NCBI GenBank assembly: GCA_041640655.1
Contig: JBEPZV010000039.1
Span: 1-19,448 of the forward strand
Reading direction: 5' to 3'
Source: a bacterium
Lineage (GTDB): Bacteria; Acidobacteriota; Blastocatellia; HR10
DNA length: 19,448 nucleotides
Shown: positions 9,053 to 17,221 of the stretch, in pieces
Layout of the letters: each line of letters begins with the position of its first letter
How positions within the stretch are numbered: position 1 is the first letter of the stretch
The notes under the pieces: model-generated
Seen by the model: the letters and a program-made list of their open reading frames with translations, nothing else
Told to the model about the DNA's origin: nothing
Databases searched by the model: none
Made by a program: the position numbers and the translations under genes

Positions 9053-9928
9053 ATGCGCGCGTGTTTGGTGGTGAATCCGCAGGCGGGGCGAGGGCGGGCG
9101 GGCCGATTCGCCGCGCGCGTGTGGGCGCTCTTGCGGGGCACGTTTCGCGATCTGGAGATGGCCGTGAGCCGGAGCGCACGACATCTGACGGAGTTGGCGT
9201 CGGAGGCCGTGAGCGCTGGATATGACGTGGTGGTCGGATGTGGGGGAGATGGCACGGTGCATCATCTGCTGGCGCCGATTCTCGGCAGTTCCGCCAGGCT
9301 GGGCATCATCCCGTTGGGGAGCGGGAATGATGTGGCGCGGAGCCTCGGCATCCCGCGCGATTACGCGGCCGCGTGTGAGATCGTCGCGCGGGGGAAAATC
9401 CGGCGCTTCGATCTCGCGCGCGTCGGAGACCGGCTCTTCGCGTCTGTCGCCGGTGTGGGACTGAGTGCCGACGTCAACCACGTGGCGAACGCTCGGGCGA
9501 CGGCGTGGCCGGGGGGCCGATGGCGATATGTGAGGGCGCTTCTGGAGGTGATGCGAGCGTATGCGCCGCGTCGGCTGCGTCTGCTTGTGGACGAGCGCGA
9601 ATTGGAGCGCGAGGTCGTGCTCGTCGCCGTCGGCAATGGAGCGTTCTTCGGAGGAGGATTCCGCATTCTTCCCGATGCCCAGGTGGATGACGGGTGGCTG
9701 GATGTATGCGTGGTGAATCGCCTCGGGCGATTCCAGATGCTGCGGGCGATCCCCTCTGTGTATCGCGGGGGCCATCGTCATCATCCGGCCGCTGAATTCT
9801 ATCGCGCGCGGTGCATTCGGATTCTCTCGGCGGAGCCGCTGAAGCTCTTCGCCGATGGGGAATATGTGCAGGAGACGCCCGTGACGGTCGAGATCGTGCC
9901 GCGCGCTCTTCGTGTCATCGCTCCGTGA
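9053..9928 (+). CDS. Diacylglycerol/lipid kinase family protein (YegS/BmrU/DgkB-like)
   Basis: VVNPQAG, GGDGT, IIPLGSGNDVARSLGI, GNGAFFGGG, PDAQVDDGWLDV, ADGE motifs; start set at ATG 9053. Confidence 0.93.
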   Translation: MRACLVVNPQAGRGRAGRFAARVWALLRGTFRDLEMAVSRSARHLTELASEAVSAGYDVVVGCGGDGTVHHLLAPILGSSARLGIIPLGSGNDVARSLGIPRDYAAACEIVARGKIRRFDLARVGDRLFASVAGVGLSADVNHVANARATAWPGGRWRYVRALLEVMRAYAPRRLRLLVDERELEREVVLVAVGNGAFFGGGFRILPDAQVDDGWLDVCVVNRLGRFQMLRAIPSVYRGGHRHHPAAEFYRARCIRILSAEPLKLFADGEYVQETPVTVEIVPRALRVIAP

Positions 9929-9941
9929 AGGAGAGAGGATC

Positions 9942-11081
9942 ATGCGCACGCCGTTCTCCGCGTGGGAAGAAGCGCTCGGGGCGCAATTTCAGGAGGAGGC
10001 CGGGTGGCTCATCCCCTCTGTGTACTCGACGCTCGAAGAGGAGCATCGCGCTGTTCGCGAAGCCGTGGGGGTGCTGGACCTCACGGCGCGAGGGCGCATC
10101 GTCGTGCGCGGCCGGGAGAGCGCGCGCTTTTTGCAAAGCATGCTCTCGAACGACATCGCCAATCTCCCGGTTGGCGCCGGCGTCCCCGCCACGCTCTTGA
10201 CGAATAAGGGGCGGGTGATCGGCCTCCTGCGCGTGTACAATCTGGGCCATGAGTACCTGCTGGATGTCGAGCCGCGCGCGGCGGAGAAGACCCTGCGAAC
10301 GCTGCAGGCGTACAAGATGGCCTTGCGCGTGGAGATCGTGGATGTGCGAGATACGCTCCTCGCGCTCTCGCTTCAAGGGCCGCGGGCGCGCCCGTTGCTC
10401 GTCGCGGTTCTCGGCGGGGACGTCACCGTCCAGCGCGAGGGGGAGATCGCCGCGCATGCGATCGAGCGCGTCCTCGCTCAGGAGGAGATCGCCGAGGCGA
10501 CGACCCCTTCGAGCGTGTGGATCGCGTGCGCGAGCCATACGGGGGAGGAGGGATACGACATCTTCATGAATCGCGCCATGGGTCCGGCGATCTGGCGCGC
10601 CCTTTGGCGCGTGGGGGAGGCGTTTGGTCTGCGCGCCGTAGGGTTCCGCGCCCTCTCGGTGTTGCGGTTAGAGGCGGGGATTCCGTGGTATGGCTTCGAT
10701 GTGGATGAGACGACGATCCCGCTGGAAGCGGGATTGGAATCGGCGATCAGCTTCACAAAAGGTTGCTACATCGGCCAGGAGACGATCGCCATGATTCGGT
10801 ATCGGGGGCATCTCAACCGGAAGCTCGTGGGGCTTCGGCTTGAGGGTGATCGGCTTCCCGAGCCGGGGGATCGTCTTCTTGCCGAAGGCATCGAAGTGGG
10901 GCGCATCACGAGCGCGGTGTTCTCCTTCTCGCTTCGAGCGAATATCGCGCTCGGGTATGCCAAATGCGCGTGGGCGGATCCGGGGGCGCGCTTGGTCGTG
11001 AGGACGAAGGAGGCGGACGTCGAGGCCGAGGTCTGCGCACTGCCTTTCGTCCCGAGGCGCGCGGGATCGGTCAGCTCCTGA
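9942..11081 (+). CDS. Folate-binding YgfZ/GcvT-family protein
   Basis: GcvT-type N-terminus (EHRAVREAVGVLDL, FLQSMLSNDI), TGEEGYDI, LRLEAG and the YgfZ signature KGCYIGQE; RBS-like GAGAGG before ATG 9942. Confidence 0.9.
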   Translation: MRTPFSAWEEALGAQFQEEAGWLIPSVYSTLEEEHRAVREAVGVLDLTARGRIVVRGRESARFLQSMLSNDIANLPVGAGVPATLLTNKGRVIGLLRVYNLGHEYLLDVEPRAAEKTLRTLQAYKMALRVEIVDVRDTLLALSLQGPRARPLLVAVLGGDVTVQREGEIAAHAIERVLAQEEIAEATTPSSVWIACASHTGEEGYDIFMNRAMGPAIWRALWRVGEAFGLRAVGFRALSVLRLEAGIPWYGFDVDETTIPLEAGLESAISFTKGCYIGQETIAMIRYRGHLNRKLVGLRLEGDRLPEPGDRLLAEGIEVGRITSAVFSFSLRANIALGYAKCAWADPGARLVVRTKEADVEAEVCALPFVPRRAGSVSS

Positions 11082-11127
11082 GATCACGTGGGGGATCCAT
11101 TCGCGCGATGCGTGAGGGCCTGAGCCG

Positions 11128-12597
11128 ATGAGTGAGACGGCGGGGTCGGTTCTCTCAGCGCGACGAGGAGAGTTGCCGGCTTGGAGCGAGCGGCCTCTGC
11201 CATCCTTCCCGGGATGGAGGGCGATGCTCGGTCCAGGGGTCATCTGGATGGCGCTCGCGCAGGGGAGTGGAGAATTGATCTGGTGGCCGCGCTTGGTCGC
11301 CAAATATGGGGGAGGCTTCCTCTTCCTGCTCCTGCCGGCCTGTCTGTTGCAATTTCCCCTCAACTATGCCATCGGTCGCTATACGTTGCTGACGGGCGAG
11401 AGCATCTGGCAAGGGTTCATCCGCCTGAACCGATGGTTCGCCCTGGGACTCTGGCTGCTGATGACGGTGCATTTTTTGTGGTTCGGCGCTTTCGTCACGG
11501 CGGGGAGCACGGGGCTGGCGGCGTTGTGGGATTTCCCCGCCGGGTGGAGCCAGGCGGAGAAGACGTTGCTCTGGTCCTGGCTCACGGTTCTCATTCTCTT
11601 CCCAGCTTTGCTCGTGAGCCCCACGGCCTATCGGTTGATCGAGCGCGTTATGCTGGGGATCGCCGTGATCACCGTCGTCGGCCTGGTCATCGCGTGCGCG
11701 CAACCAGTCGTCCGAGCGGCCGTGCCCGAGTTCGTGAGAGGGCTCCTGCATCCGCAATTCCCCCCGTTTGCGGAGTTGCCGCGTCCGTGGGAGGCGCGCG
11801 ATGCGACGCCGCTGTTGACGGCGATCACCTTCGCCGGTTTGGGGGGATTTTGGACGCTCTTCTACTCCTACTGGCTTCGGGAGAAGGGAGCGGGAATGGC
11901 GGCCTATCTCGGTCGCATCACCAGCCCGCTGACGGGGAAGCCGGAAGTGATCCCACTCGCCGGATGCGTGCCCGAAGCGACATTGGGATTGCGCGAGCGG
12001 TGGCGGCGGTGGCGACTCTATGTGTGCGCGGACAGTCTCATCGGGATCATCGGGAACGCGCTGACGACGATGTTGACGTGCCTTCTGGCCTTCGCCCTCC
12101 TGTATCCGCAGGGATTGGTCCCGGACGAGTGGGAGCTGGTCGTTCATCAGATGCGCTTTTTCGAAGTCAGTTGGGGGCAGGCCGGGAAGGTCCTCTTCGC
12201 GCTCATCGCGATCGCCTTTCTGGGCGATACCTGGATGACGACGCTCGATGCGACGAGCCGCGTGCATACGGATTTCGTGCTCTCCTATTTCCCGAAGGCC
12301 CGGCGGTATCACCCGCGCACGTGGTACTATGGGATCGCGACGGGATTGACGGTGATCACGATTCTCACTATGCATGCGGCGAGTCCAGCCGCCCTGATCC
12401 TTCTGACGGCCTTGCTGGGATTTCTCGGAACGGTCATCTTCACCGGTGCTCTTCTGGTGCTCACCTACCGATGGCTCCCCACGCGACTGCCTGAATCGGT
12501 TCGCCCCGGTCGCGTCGGCGCGATCCTTCTCGCCGGTGCGTGGATGGTCTATCTGATCTTGGCGAGCATTTACATTTGGCTCCAGTGGTTTCGATGA
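11128..12597 (+). CDS. Nramp-like (APC superfamily) membrane transporter
   Basis: LGPGVIWMALAQGSGELIWWP, GRYTLLTGES; about 11 TM segments; lacks the canonical DPGN metal motif. Confidence 0.8.
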   Translation: MSETAGSVLSARRGELPAWSERPLPSFPGWRAMLGPGVIWMALAQGSGELIWWPRLVAKYGGGFLFLLLPACLLQFPLNYAIGRYTLLTGESIWQGFIRLNRWFALGLWLLMTVHFLWFGAFVTAGSTGLAALWDFPAGWSQAEKTLLWSWLTVLILFPALLVSPTAYRLIERVMLGIAVITVVGLVIACAQPVVRAAVPEFVRGLLHPQFPPFAELPRPWEARDATPLLTAITFAGLGGFWTLFYSYWLREKGAGMAAYLGRITSPLTGKPEVIPLAGCVPEATLGLRERWRRWRLYVCADSLIGIIGNALTTMLTCLLAFALLYPQGLVPDEWELVVHQMRFFEVSWGQAGKVLFALIAIAFLGDTWMTTLDATSRVHTDFVLSYFPKARRYHPRTWYYGIATGLTVITILTMHAASPAALILLTALLGFLGTVIFTGALLVLTYRWLPTRLPESVRPGRVGAILLAGAWMVYLILASIYIWLQWFR

Positions 12598-14087
12598 TGG
12601 ATGAGGCGCGATCTTCTCCAGCCCCCTGCTCCACGGCGCTCGCCTACCTTGATCGGGGGATCATCGCGAGCGTGACGCTCTTCGCGCTCATGGCACCGCA
12701 TTCGATCGCGGCGACACAGGGGGCGTTTCTGCTCGGCGTGATGCTGTGGATAGTCCGGATAGTGATCCGACGTTCCCTCGACTATCAGCCGATGGCGCTC
12801 GATCTCCCGATCCTCGTCTTCGTGTGGTGGAGTCTGCTGGCGGCGATCTTCTCCTATGAACCGGCGTTGAGCTTCGTGAAAGTGCGGAGCGTCGGACTCT
12901 TCCTCATCGTCTTCCTCGTTGCCCAGAACCTTCCGAATCGGGAGTGGGGAAAGCGATGGGCGCTCATCCTCGTCCTCTCGAGTTTCGTCAGCGTGGGCTA
13001 TGTCTTCTGGCAAAAATCCGTGGGGCGAGGTCTGCACCTTGTGGAGATTGATGAGGCGAGTCCGCTCCATCATGCGGGGATCGGGCCCGGTGACGTTCTC
13101 TTGAGTGTGGATGGACGGACGATTCGTTCGCGTGAAGAGCTGGCGGCCATAGCCGCTGCGAAACGTGGGGAGCGGCTGCGACTCTTCGTCTTTCGGCCGG
13201 AGATCTATCTGCATCGCGAGATCGTCGTCCCTCGGGAGGCGTCGCCGGAGAATCCGCTGCTCATTCGCCGCGCCGAGCCCTGGAAGAATTTTCGCGCGTC
13301 CGGGTTTTACGGATGGAATTACTTCACCTATGCCGAGGTCATGCAATTGCTCGCCTCGCTGTTACTCGGGCTGTTCCTCATGTTGCCGGAGAAGCGCAGC
13401 CTGCGGGGAATCCTGGCGTTGCTCGGGATCGGCGCCATGACCGGCGTGATCGTGCTCACGGTCACGCGCGCCGTGTGGGGGGCCTTCGCGCTCTCCGCGT
13501 GCGTCATGCTGGTCCATCGGTGGGGGAAGAAGGCCCTGTTGATCACGGTCCTCGCCGTGGTGCTCGCCGCGCCCGTGGGCGCGCGGTTCTTGCAGCGGGC
13601 GCGGTCCATCCCTCTGCTCTCGGCTCGGGAGCCGAGCACGGCCTATCGCCTCACGGTGTGGCGAGAGGGCGTGCAGGTGCTGCTCCGTCACCCGAAGCAT
13701 TGGTTCCTCGGCATCGGGATGGACAGCCTCAAGGCGCGCTGGCGGGAGTGGGGGATGTTTCAGGGGGGGCGGCTGCCTCTCGGGCATATGCATTCGAGCC
13801 CGCTGCAGATCGCTCTGGAGCGCGGCCTTCCGGCGCTTCTGTGTTGGTGCTGGTGGTTCGCGCGCTATCTGCGACTCCTCTGGCGCGGATTGCGGTCCGA
13901 GGCCGTGAATCGGGATCCGACGATCGCAGGGATCTACTTGGGAACGTTCGGGGGGACGCTCGGGTTCTTGGCCAGTTCACTCGTGCACTATAACTTCGGG
14001 GATTCGGAGGTGATCATGATCGTCTACTTCCAGATGGGACTCATCGAGGGGATTCATCGTCTGATGCGCGATGAGGTGAGGGGATGA
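12594..14087 (+). CDS. O-antigen ligase (Wzy_C/WaaL-like) family membrane protein with inserted PDZ domain
   Basis: ATGA overlap with the upstream stop; RASGFY, LTVTRAVW, STAYRLTVWREG, FLGIG, GHMHSSPLQIALERGLPAL, VHYNFGDSE; PDZ-like loop at about 13029-13228. Confidence 0.87.
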   Translation: MMDEARSSPAPCSTALAYLDRGIIASVTLFALMAPHSIAATQGAFLLGVMLWIVRIVIRRSLDYQPMALDLPILVFVWWSLLAAIFSYEPALSFVKVRSVGLFLIVFLVAQNLPNREWGKRWALILVLSSFVSVGYVFWQKSVGRGLHLVEIDEASPLHHAGIGPGDVLLSVDGRTIRSREELAAIAAAKRGERLRLFVFRPEIYLHREIVVPREASPENPLLIRRAEPWKNFRASGFYGWNYFTYAEVMQLLASLLLGLFLMLPEKRSLRGILALLGIGAMTGVIVLTVTRAVWGAFALSACVMLVHRWGKKALLITVLAVVLAAPVGARFLQRARSIPLLSAREPSTAYRLTVWREGVQVLLRHPKHWFLGIGMDSLKARWREWGMFQGGRLPLGHMHSSPLQIALERGLPALLCWCWWFARYLRLLWRGLRSEAVNRDPTIAGIYLGTFGGTLGFLASSLVHYNFGDSEVIMIVYFQMGLIEGIHRLMRDEVRG

Positions 14088-14099
14088 ATTGACGGCGCG

Positions 14100-14134
14100 A
14101 GCGGGTCGAGGGGAGTCGTCTCTCGATCTGCTTT
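14100..14134 (+). terminator. Probable terminator hairpin after the ligase gene
   Basis: 14-bp stem 14100-14113/14119-14132 with four G-U pairs (so it forms on the + transcript), 5-nt loop, short T-run after. Confidence 0.5.
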
Positions 14135-14139
14135 GGCCT

Positions 14140-14167
14140 TTGCGCTGGCGGGAAGCTTTGATAGAAT
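14140..14167 (+). promoter_or_regulatory. Putative sigma-70 promoter (extended -10)
   Basis: TTGCGC (14140-14145), 16-nt spacer, TGa-TAGAAT (-10 at 14162-14167); GGGAGG RBS before ATG 14214. Confidence 0.6.
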
Positions 14168-14213
14168 GTGCGCGACATCACGGGGATTGATGACTTGATG
14201 AAGGGAGGAAGCT

Positions 14214-15305
14214 ATGTCGGGCATGAGACAATGGGAGAGAAGTGTTTTTCTTTTTCTTCTGACCATCGCGGTGGGGCGTGGACCCATGGTGAGCGCCTCG
14301 CAGGAGGCGACGACGGCCGAGCAGGATTTGCAGCGCGGTCGTGTCCTCTTCTATCAGCAAAACTACCAGGGGGCCATTGAGGCGCTCCAGCAGGCGATCG
14401 CGAAGAAGCCGGATTTGGCCGAGGCCCACTATTTCCTGGGCATGAGTTACTATCGCCTCGCCGATTATGCGCAGGCGGAAGCGTCATTGCGCACCGCCCT
14501 TAAGCTCAAGAATGAGGCGTATCCCGAGGCCCATTTCGGGTTGGGGATGCTCTACTTCCGCAAGCGCGAGGCGGATTCGGCCGTACGGGAGTTGCAGACG
14601 GCCATCGAGCAGCGAGGGGGGAATTATCCCGACGCCTTCAATGTCCTGGGCGTCATCTTCTATGGGCAGCGGCGATTCGCGGATGCGATTCATCATTTTC
14701 GAAAAGCCATCGAGCAGCGACCCGAGGGACCGGAGGTCTATTTCAATCTCGGCATGGCCATCGAGCAAGCTGTGGTCGAGGGAGGAGGTGCTGCGGCTTC
14801 CGGCGTGACCTGGAACGATGCGATCTCGGCTTATCGAAAGGCCATCGAGCAACGCGGCACGTATCCGCTCGCCCAGAAGGCCTTGGGGCTCGCTCTGATC
14901 GGGGTGGACAATGAAGCGGCCATCACGGAGCTGGGCGTGTATCTGCAGCAAGCGCCGCAAGCTCAGGATCGCGTGCAGATCGAAGAGATCATTGATCTGC
15001 TCAAGAAATCGGACGATCCGGCGGCGCCGGTCGAGGACTTGGGGAAGGTCCCGCGCGTCAGTAAGGTAGCGCCCGTCCGTCCGACCGAGGACGCGGTGAG
15101 GAATAAAGTGCACGGGAGTGTGATCCTCTCCGTGCTCTTCTGTTATGACAAGCGCGCGCGTGTCGTGAAAGTCGTCAAAGGGCTCGGGCATGGGCTGGAT
15201 GAGGCAGCGATCGAGGCGGTGCGCCGCGTCCAATTCGAGCCCGCCACCGTCGGAGGTCGCCAGGCGTCCGAGCGCCGCTTGGTGAAAGTGGACTTCAAGA
15301 TTTGA
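14214..15305 (+). CDS. Exported TPR-repeat protein with C-terminal TonB_C-like domain
   Basis: Signal-like N-terminus; TPRs (AEAHYFLG, PEAHFGLG, PDAFNVLG, PEVYFNLG); C-terminal HGSVILSVLF..VVKGLGHGLDEAAIEAVRRVQFEPA..VKVDF matches the TonB C-terminal pattern. Confidence 0.85.
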   Translation: MSGMRQWERSVFLFLLTIAVGRGPMVSASQEATTAEQDLQRGRVLFYQQNYQGAIEALQQAIAKKPDLAEAHYFLGMSYYRLADYAQAEASLRTALKLKNEAYPEAHFGLGMLYFRKREADSAVRELQTAIEQRGGNYPDAFNVLGVIFYGQRRFADAIHHFRKAIEQRPEGPEVYFNLGMAIEQAVVEGGGAAASGVTWNDAISAYRKAIEQRGTYPLAQKALGLALIGVDNEAAITELGVYLQQAPQAQDRVQIEEIIDLLKKSDDPAAPVEDLGKVPRVSKVAPVRPTEDAVRNKVHGSVILSVLFCYDKRARVVKVVKGLGHGLDEAAIEAVRRVQFEPATVGGRQASERRLVKVDFKI

Positions 15306-15319
15306 CCGCTCGAGCGGAC

Positions 15320-15350
15320 GCCCCTCTCCTCCGTGAGTGAGGGGAGGGGC
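15320..15350 (+). repeat. REP-like hairpin, copy 2 (GCCCCTCTCCTC-7nt-GAGGGGAGGGGC)
   Basis: 12-bp stem with one G-U, 14 nt after the stop codon; preceded by the perfect palindrome CCGCTCGAGCGG (15306-15317). Confidence 0.6.
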
Positions 15351-15483
15351 TATGGGGCGGCCGTCGGACATCGCGTCTTCTCATGGGCCGAGCGGTGTAT
15401 CCCCCCGGATCTGTTCCCTGAGGACATCCCGCAGCCGTCTGGCGTGATCGGATGTGCTCTGGTCGCGTCCGGCTTCGGCTGGG

Positions 15484-15489
15484 TATAAT
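15484..15489 (+). promoter_or_regulatory. Consensus -10 element TATAAT
   Basis: Perfect TATAAT in GC-rich DNA, 13 nt upstream of ATG 15503; no clear -35. Argues against the ORF-track start at 15452. Confidence 0.5.
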
Positions 15490-15502
15490 AGTCGCCGAGG
15501 CG

Positions 15503-16990
15503 ATGATCGCTATGATGGGGCAGCGGAGCGCGTCCGGTGCCGTTTTCCTCGTCATCCGGGAGGAACGAGAAGAACGGGTCATCGAGCTTGGCGACCGAGT
15601 TGTGCATATTGGTGTGGTGGACGGCGGTCGTTTGGAGATCGGGCCCAGTGGGGCCTTCCCTTCGGATTCGGCACTTGTGGCGATCGCCCGAACCGAGCGG
15701 GGCTATGTCCTTACGCCGCTGCGTCGCCCCGCTGCGGTCACGGTGAACCATCATCCGGTGGAGGACGAGGCGCTTCTTCAGGACGGAGATCAGATCGTCT
15801 TCGAGGGCATCCCCGCGCGGCTCGAATTCCGCACCCGCCGCGAGCGGTGGTCGCACTTGAGGAGAGCGTTACATCTGGAGCAAGCGGAGCGGGAATTACG
15901 CCGATGGCTCTCGCGCGAGCGCGATCGGGTCATGCGGAAGAAGGCGGTGATCGTCGCGGCTGGTCTCCTCGGGCTCGTGCTCCTGATCTGGTTTGTGGTC
16001 AACGAGTACTCTTTGCGCGTGGGGGTGGGGGAGGTGACCGAGCGGCTGCAGCAGCAGGAGCGCACGCTCTCGGCGTTGACCGAACAGATGGGGGAGATCA
16101 AGCGGAAGGTGGATTGGCTCGCTTCGAACGTGGAGGGGGAGCTGACTATGGCCGGGCGCATCTCCAACACGTATGGCCCGAGCGTGAGCTTGATCGAGGC
16201 GACTTACGGATTCGTCGAGCAGGGGACGGGAAAGATCCTGCGTTATGCCGAGGCGACCGAAGGGGGGATCGCGATCACGCACGGGGAGGAGCGGTTCCAG
16301 GTGACGACGGAAGGGAATGGCCCGCCGGTGGAGGAGACGGTCATCGGGACGGGGTTCCTCGTGGCTCGTGGTTATCTCCTGACGAATTTGCACGTGGCGC
16401 GCCCCTGGTGGCAGAACGAGGCGGCGGAGCAGATCATCGGTATGGGGTTTCGGCCCCGACTACTGGCTCTGAATGCCTACTTCCCGACGATTTCAGCTCC
16501 GGTGCCGTTGGAAGTCGCGCGCATCTCTGAGGAATATGATCTGGCGCTGTGTCGGCTGGGACGCATCGATGTGAACTTGCCGATTCCGCCACTGGCCACC
16601 GAGGACGTGAAAGTGGAGGTCGGGCAGTCGGTCATTTTGCTCGGGTATCCGGCCGGCATCGAGGCTTTGCTGGCCCGGTTGGACGAGAGCGTGGCGCGCC
16701 AGATCATCACGGCGACGGCCATGCGCATCCCTGAAGTGACGCGTGAACTGGCGGCGCGCGGCCTGATCCGGCCCATGGTGACCCAAGGGCATGTGAGTGC
16801 GCGCCTGCCAGGGCGCATCGTTCACGATGCGGCGACGGCGACCGGTGGCTCCGGCGGCCCCCTCTTCAATCGGCATGGTGTTGTCATCGGCATCAACTAT
16901 GCCGTGCTGCGGGAATTCTCGGCCTCCAATCTGGCCGTTCCCGTCACGCTGGCACGTCAATTGCTGCGCGAGCAGGGGATCGTGCCGTGA
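15503..16990 (+). CDS. Membrane-anchored trypsin-like serine protease with N-terminal degenerate FHA-like domain
   Basis: FHA-like end motif VNHHPV..LQDGDQIVF; TM AVIVAAGLLGLVLLIWFVV; coiled coil; triad TNLH (His 16391), YDLAL (Asp 16538), GGSGGP (Ser 16850). Start could also be 15512 or 15515. Confidence 0.85.
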   Translation: MIAMMGQRSASGAVFLVIREEREERVIELGDRVVHIGVVDGGRLEIGPSGAFPSDSALVAIARTERGYVLTPLRRPAAVTVNHHPVEDEALLQDGDQIVFEGIPARLEFRTRRERWSHLRRALHLEQAERELRRWLSRERDRVMRKKAVIVAAGLLGLVLLIWFVVNEYSLRVGVGEVTERLQQQERTLSALTEQMGEIKRKVDWLASNVEGELTMAGRISNTYGPSVSLIEATYGFVEQGTGKILRYAEATEGGIAITHGEERFQVTTEGNGPPVEETVIGTGFLVARGYLLTNLHVARPWWQNEAAEQIIGMGFRPRLLALNAYFPTISAPVPLEVARISEEYDLALCRLGRIDVNLPIPPLATEDVKVEVGQSVILLGYPAGIEALLARLDESVARQIITATAMRIPEVTRELAARGLIRPMVTQGHVSARLPGRIVHDAATATGGSGGPLFNRHGVVIGINYAVLREFSASNLAVPVTLARQLLREQGIVP

Positions 16991-17145
16991 ACGTCCTGTG
17001 GGGTGAATGCAAATGCGGACTGCCGAAAGCCGCGCCTTTTCACCCGGAGAGAGGGGTGATGGCTCGCCCCGCATGCATCGGCCATCTTCCTCAAAGGCTC
17101 CCGCATCCGCTTCTTCGAGCGTGCCTTTCATCAAGGGGTCCTGTA

Positions 17146-17162
17146 TTGGCACGGAAATTGCT
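17146..17162 (+). promoter_or_regulatory. Sigma-54 (RpoN) -24/-12 promoter
   Basis: TTGGCACGGAAATTGCT matches YTGGCACGRNNNTTGCW fully; GG at 17148-17149, GC at 17160-17161; about 60 nt upstream of the cytochrome ATG. Confidence 0.88.
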
Positions 17163-17221
17163 TTTGAGAACCTGCTGCCCTCTGACGAAGGGCGAAGATC
17201 TTGAGCTGGAGGGATAGGGTC

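Noticed and set aside
9942..11081. Calling this gene gcvT
   Set aside because: It carries the YgfZ KGCYxGQE signature and no gcvH/gcvP genes are adjacent, so it was left as YgfZ/GcvT family.
13029..16990. Idea that the ligase PDZ acts in trans for the PDZ-less protease
   Set aside because: The genes are separated by a hairpin and have separate predicted promoters; nothing in the sequence supports an interaction.
16987..17217. Short ORFs (76 aa and 65 aa) in the protease-cytochrome gap
   Set aside because: They have no RBS or motif and overlap the sigma-54 promoter; the region is better explained as regulatory.
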